Below, piece after piece: positions 39,880 through 43,684 of a stretch of 43,684 nt of DNA; within the stretch, counting starts at the first letter, position 1, and the number at the start of each line of letters is the position of its first letter. Under the pieces are notes generated by a model. It was given only the letters and a program-made list of their open reading frames with translations, did not search any database and was not told where the DNA came from. The translations under genes and the position numbers were made by a program. Source of the stretch: Welwitschia mirabilis (taxonomy: Eukaryota); the NCBI GenBank assembly GCA_051453625.1, contig JBOZIK010000001.1, positions 27,223,055-27,266,738 of the forward strand. The letters are read 5' to 3'.

Positions 39880-42800
39880 CAAAAGGGTGGTAGAATAAGT
39901 GATAATGTTTTAGATGGTTCCATTAACTTAATGAATTGATTGTTTTTAGGATTTTTAATGAGAATAACTCCATGTGGCAAAATTGTCTTTTATGAAGAAG
40001 GGTTCTTTTTACTTAGTTACTAGTTTGCTTGGAAAAAGACGTAATTATAAGCTATATAGCAAGACTAGCTCCCCCTCATAAAAATTTTCTCTTAGAATAT
40101 GTTGATCATGGAATCTTTTTATCCTATTCTTATTTATTCGCATGTTGTCATAGGTGTTATTTCTAATTTTATCTAGTTCATTTAGTTGTATGAACCTATT
40201 TTTCTTTGTAACATTTAAGTCTAAGTTATATTATTAATTACCCAGTAAGCCTTATTCTTAAGTTTCATAGGTAAATGACATGCTTTACTATAGACTAGTT
40301 GAAAAAGTAACGTTCCTAAGGATGTTTTATAAGTCATGCAGTATTCCCATAAGACATAATCAAGTTTTAAGGACATATATTTTTGTCTTGAGTTTACTAC
40401 TTTTTAAATAATTTTCTTAAGTTTTCCATTTTTAATCTCAATTTGACCACTTGTTTAACTTTATGTGTAACCATGTATTTAGTAAAAAGGTTGTTAAACA
40501 TTTTATTATAAAAGTGTGTCCCTCCATCATTAATTTAAACACATGAATAATTAAAATGAGTTAAAACATATTCTTTAAAGAATAAATTTTATTATAAAAG
40601 TGTGTCCCTTCATCAATTAAAACACATGGACAATCAAAATGAGTTAAAACATTTTCTTTAAAGAATATAACTACCCTTTTTAGCATTGTTTATTCAATAA
40701 GAATAAGATTTGATCCATTTAGTTACATAGTTGATACAAATAAGAATGTACTAATTTCTATTAAATGATGGATAAGCACCTTGAAAATCAATTTCCTATA
40801 CATTAAAGGATTCAACAGTAAGGATGACAGTTAAGGGAATCATTTGTCTATGATAAAGACTCCTTAACTTTTGATAGTTATCATAAGATTTATAGTCAAT
40901 ATAGAAGTCTTTAAAAATTAATGGCCAATAAAAACTAGATTAAAGGATTCTTATTGCAGTCTTATTAAGTAAGTAGTAATCCCTACAAGCCTCAAAATAG
41001 TAGTGTTTAAGAATGTCTTGAATGTCAGTTTGGGGACCACATTTGCAAATGACTTGTTCCAGATAGTATTTAAAAAGACATGAGTTATTCTAGAAGAAAT
41101 ATTTAACTTGGTTCAAGAACCTCTTTTTATCATTAATGGTCTAATGAAAAGGAATAGTTTTAAAGACTAATTAATTCATAATATATACAAAATATAGTAC
41201 CTCTTTGAGTAAAAAAGATGTTTGTTAAGAAAGGTATCATCAATAGGTAAATATGATTGCAAATTATTTGGAGATATGTGTGAAAGATAACTTGTGAGAA
41301 CAGTATCAAAGCCTTTCTTATCTTTAATCTCTAAATTAAACTCTTAAAGGAGAAGAATCCATTTGATAATACATGGTTTTAAATCCTTTTTGATTAAACA
41401 GTATCTAAGGGTCAAGTGATCAATGTAAATGATTATCTTAGATCCTAAAAGACGTCACCTAAATGTTCCAAGGGTGAATAAAATAGCCAAAAGTACCTTC
41501 TCTGTCATAATGTAATTGATTTGAGTATCATTTAAGTATTTAGTAGTGTAGTAAATCAAAGTTGGCTTTTTATCAACTCTTTATCCTAACATGGATCCTA
41601 CTATGAAGTCACTTACATCATACATAAGTTTAAAAGATAACTTCCAATTAGTTGGTTGGATAACATGTGCAAAAATTAGTTTCTCTTTGAGTTGTTCAAA
41701 TACATTTTTAACACTCTAGAGTCCATTCAAATGAAGCATCCTTACTTAAAATGTCACACAAAGGTTTAGATATTTACTAAAATATTTAATGAATTACCTA
41801 TAATATCCTACATGCCCTAATAAATATCTAATGTATTTTTGTTTTTAAAGTATTAGCAAGTATATGATCACTGAGATCTTAGTAGGATCTACATGAATTT
41901 CTTCATTAGATATGACATGTCCTAAAACTATACTTTGATTTACCATAAAATGGCATGTTTCCTAGTTTAGTACAAGGCATTTTTTAATGCATAATTTCAA
42001 GGACATGTTCTAAGTTACTGAAACAATGGTTAGATAATATTTCATAAATTAAGAAGTCATTCATGAAGATTTCTACACCTAAATCTCAAAAGTTAGAGAA
42101 GTTTCTCAACATGCAACATTAGAAAGTAGCAAGTGCATTAGATAGGCCAAAGGGCATTTCTTTGTAAGCAAGCATTTCATAGGAGTAAGTAAAGGTGATT
42201 ATGTCTTGATCTTTGAGAGTAATTTCAATCTAGTTATAACTTGAGTAACCATCCAAGAAATAGTAAAAAGGATGTCCTACAATTTGTTCTAAAATTTAAT
42301 CTAGAAAATAAAGATGATAATGATCTTTTCTAGAAATATAATTTAATTTTATGTAGTTAATACATGGCCTCCATTTTATAGCAGGTTTGATAGGGCTTAG
42401 CTCATTACACTTATTAGGATTAAGGGTAATTCCTAATTTCTTATCTATAGTATGAGTTGGACTTATCCACTTGCCATCTAAATTAGAATAGGCAATTCCA
42501 TCGTCAAGAAATTTAATTACCTTGTTTTTAACAATTTTCCTCATATTTGGTTTATCCCACATTATTATTTAATGGATGATTTGACAATTTCCTATATATA
42601 GATATTATGCATGCAAACATTAGGGTCATTAACTCTAATGTTAAAGAGGGTCAATCCTATTACCTATTTATTCTTTCTTAAGAGTCTAAGTAATTAATCT
42701 TCTTTGGATGGGTTCAATCAAGAGTTTATGACTACCACAAAGATGGAGTTACACCTTAAGAAAGCATATTTTAGATTATTAAGCAAGGGTTTAAGTTCTA

Positions 42801-43684
42801 AGTCAACTTCATTTTGGGCTATGGGGCATGTTTTTTAAGATTGCTTAATTTCTTATTTTAGAAAGAATGGATTCCTGATCCTTAATAAGGCCTTATATCC
42901 TATCTATGTACTCTATCCCTTTATCATTCAAATGTAACTTTATAGCATTAAACATGTTTAGCTCTATGATCATTTATCAAATGAAATTTTCATTAATCCA
43001 TTTTTATAGTTGATTAAGTCTTTTGAGGTTGCTAAGAATGGTCTTCCTAATGTGATAGGCACTTTCTAATTTGATAATTTTTCCATGCCTAAGACCATAA
43101 AATCTACTAGGGAGTAATAATTATCCACTCTAACTATGACATCTTCAATGACTCCTTATCCACTCTAACTATGACATCCTCAATGAATTCTAATGATATT
43201 TTAATAGAGTTATTTGATAGTTGGAGTTGAATTTTAATGTTTTTAAGTCCCTCTAAGCCTAACTCCTTTTAGGTTTTATAAGGAACTAAGTTTACACTAA
43301 CTTCTAAATCCAACAAGGCTTGTTTGAAAGTTTTTTTACCTATAGAAATGGTAGCTGTAGAATAGCTAGGATATTTATACTTTAGTGGGAATTGGTTTTG
43401 AAGAATCACACTTATTTTTTGAGATAAAAAGTATTTAGATTTAAACTTCATTTTCCTTTTTATAGTGCATAAGTCCTAAAGGAATTTAGAATAGAAAGGA
43501 ACTTGTTTAATGAATTCTAGAAGGGGAATGTTTATTTTAACTTCTTTAAAAATTTTTAGGGCCTCTAATTCTTTTTTCATTATATTTTAATTCCTAAGTT
43601 ATTATGGAAAGGACAATCATTCTTTGTAAATACATAATGGATTTCACTTTTATCCTTTTCCTTATTTTCTATAGGGTTTTATTT
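39880..43684 (-). pseudogene. Decayed pol (PR-RT-RH-INT) of element C
   Basis: KQALLDLEVSVNLVPY (43269-43451); RT KWISPTH..KWRPCINYIKLN..SRKDHY (42296-42562), FLDGYSSYN, MPFGLSNA; RH MYDVSDFIVGSMLG (~41585-41625); INT FLFVSTM*LN and RIKRFHD remnants. Confidence 0.92.

Larger units (their letters stand above)
37191..43684 (-). mobile_element. Athila-like Ty3/gypsy element C (3' LTR, 3' region and pol; 5' part outside the window)
   Basis: pol motifs in gypsy order plus an LTR-like terminal segment. Confidence 0.88.

Overview
AT-rich eukaryotic (land-plant-type) DNA made almost entirely of old, nested, heavily deaminated retroelements, with several N gaps. I see no intact host gene, rRNA/tRNA gene or CRISPR array. 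From left to right: (1) the 5' LTR, tRNA-Asp PBS and leader of an Athila-like LTR family ('B', 1-2578). (2) A Sirevirus(SIRE)-like copia remnant that keeps gag-end/protease-start and an env-like ORF but appears to lack pol (2579-6098 plus 18834-19315). (3) A complete but decayed 12.7-kb Athila-like Ty3/gypsy element ('A', 6099-18828) inserted in that remnant, with both LTRs, TSD, tRNA-Asn PBS, PPT, gag-pol and two candidate extra ORFs. (4) A short Met-PBS LTR fragment. (5) A second family-B copy with two LTRs and an orphan ORF where gag should be (~21610-27869). (6) A ~20-copy array of ~100-bp repeats. (7) An orphan decayed ORF. (8) An RTE-X-like LINE. (9) A third Athila-like element ('C') running off the window end. 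Every element I could orient lies on the minus strand. All calls come from reading motifs by eye, and ORF remnant boundaries are approximate. Nothing here is a demonstrated new system. The best novelty candidates are the family-B orphan ORF, the block-structured 100-bp array with its neighbouring ORF, and the divergent extra ORFs of element A.
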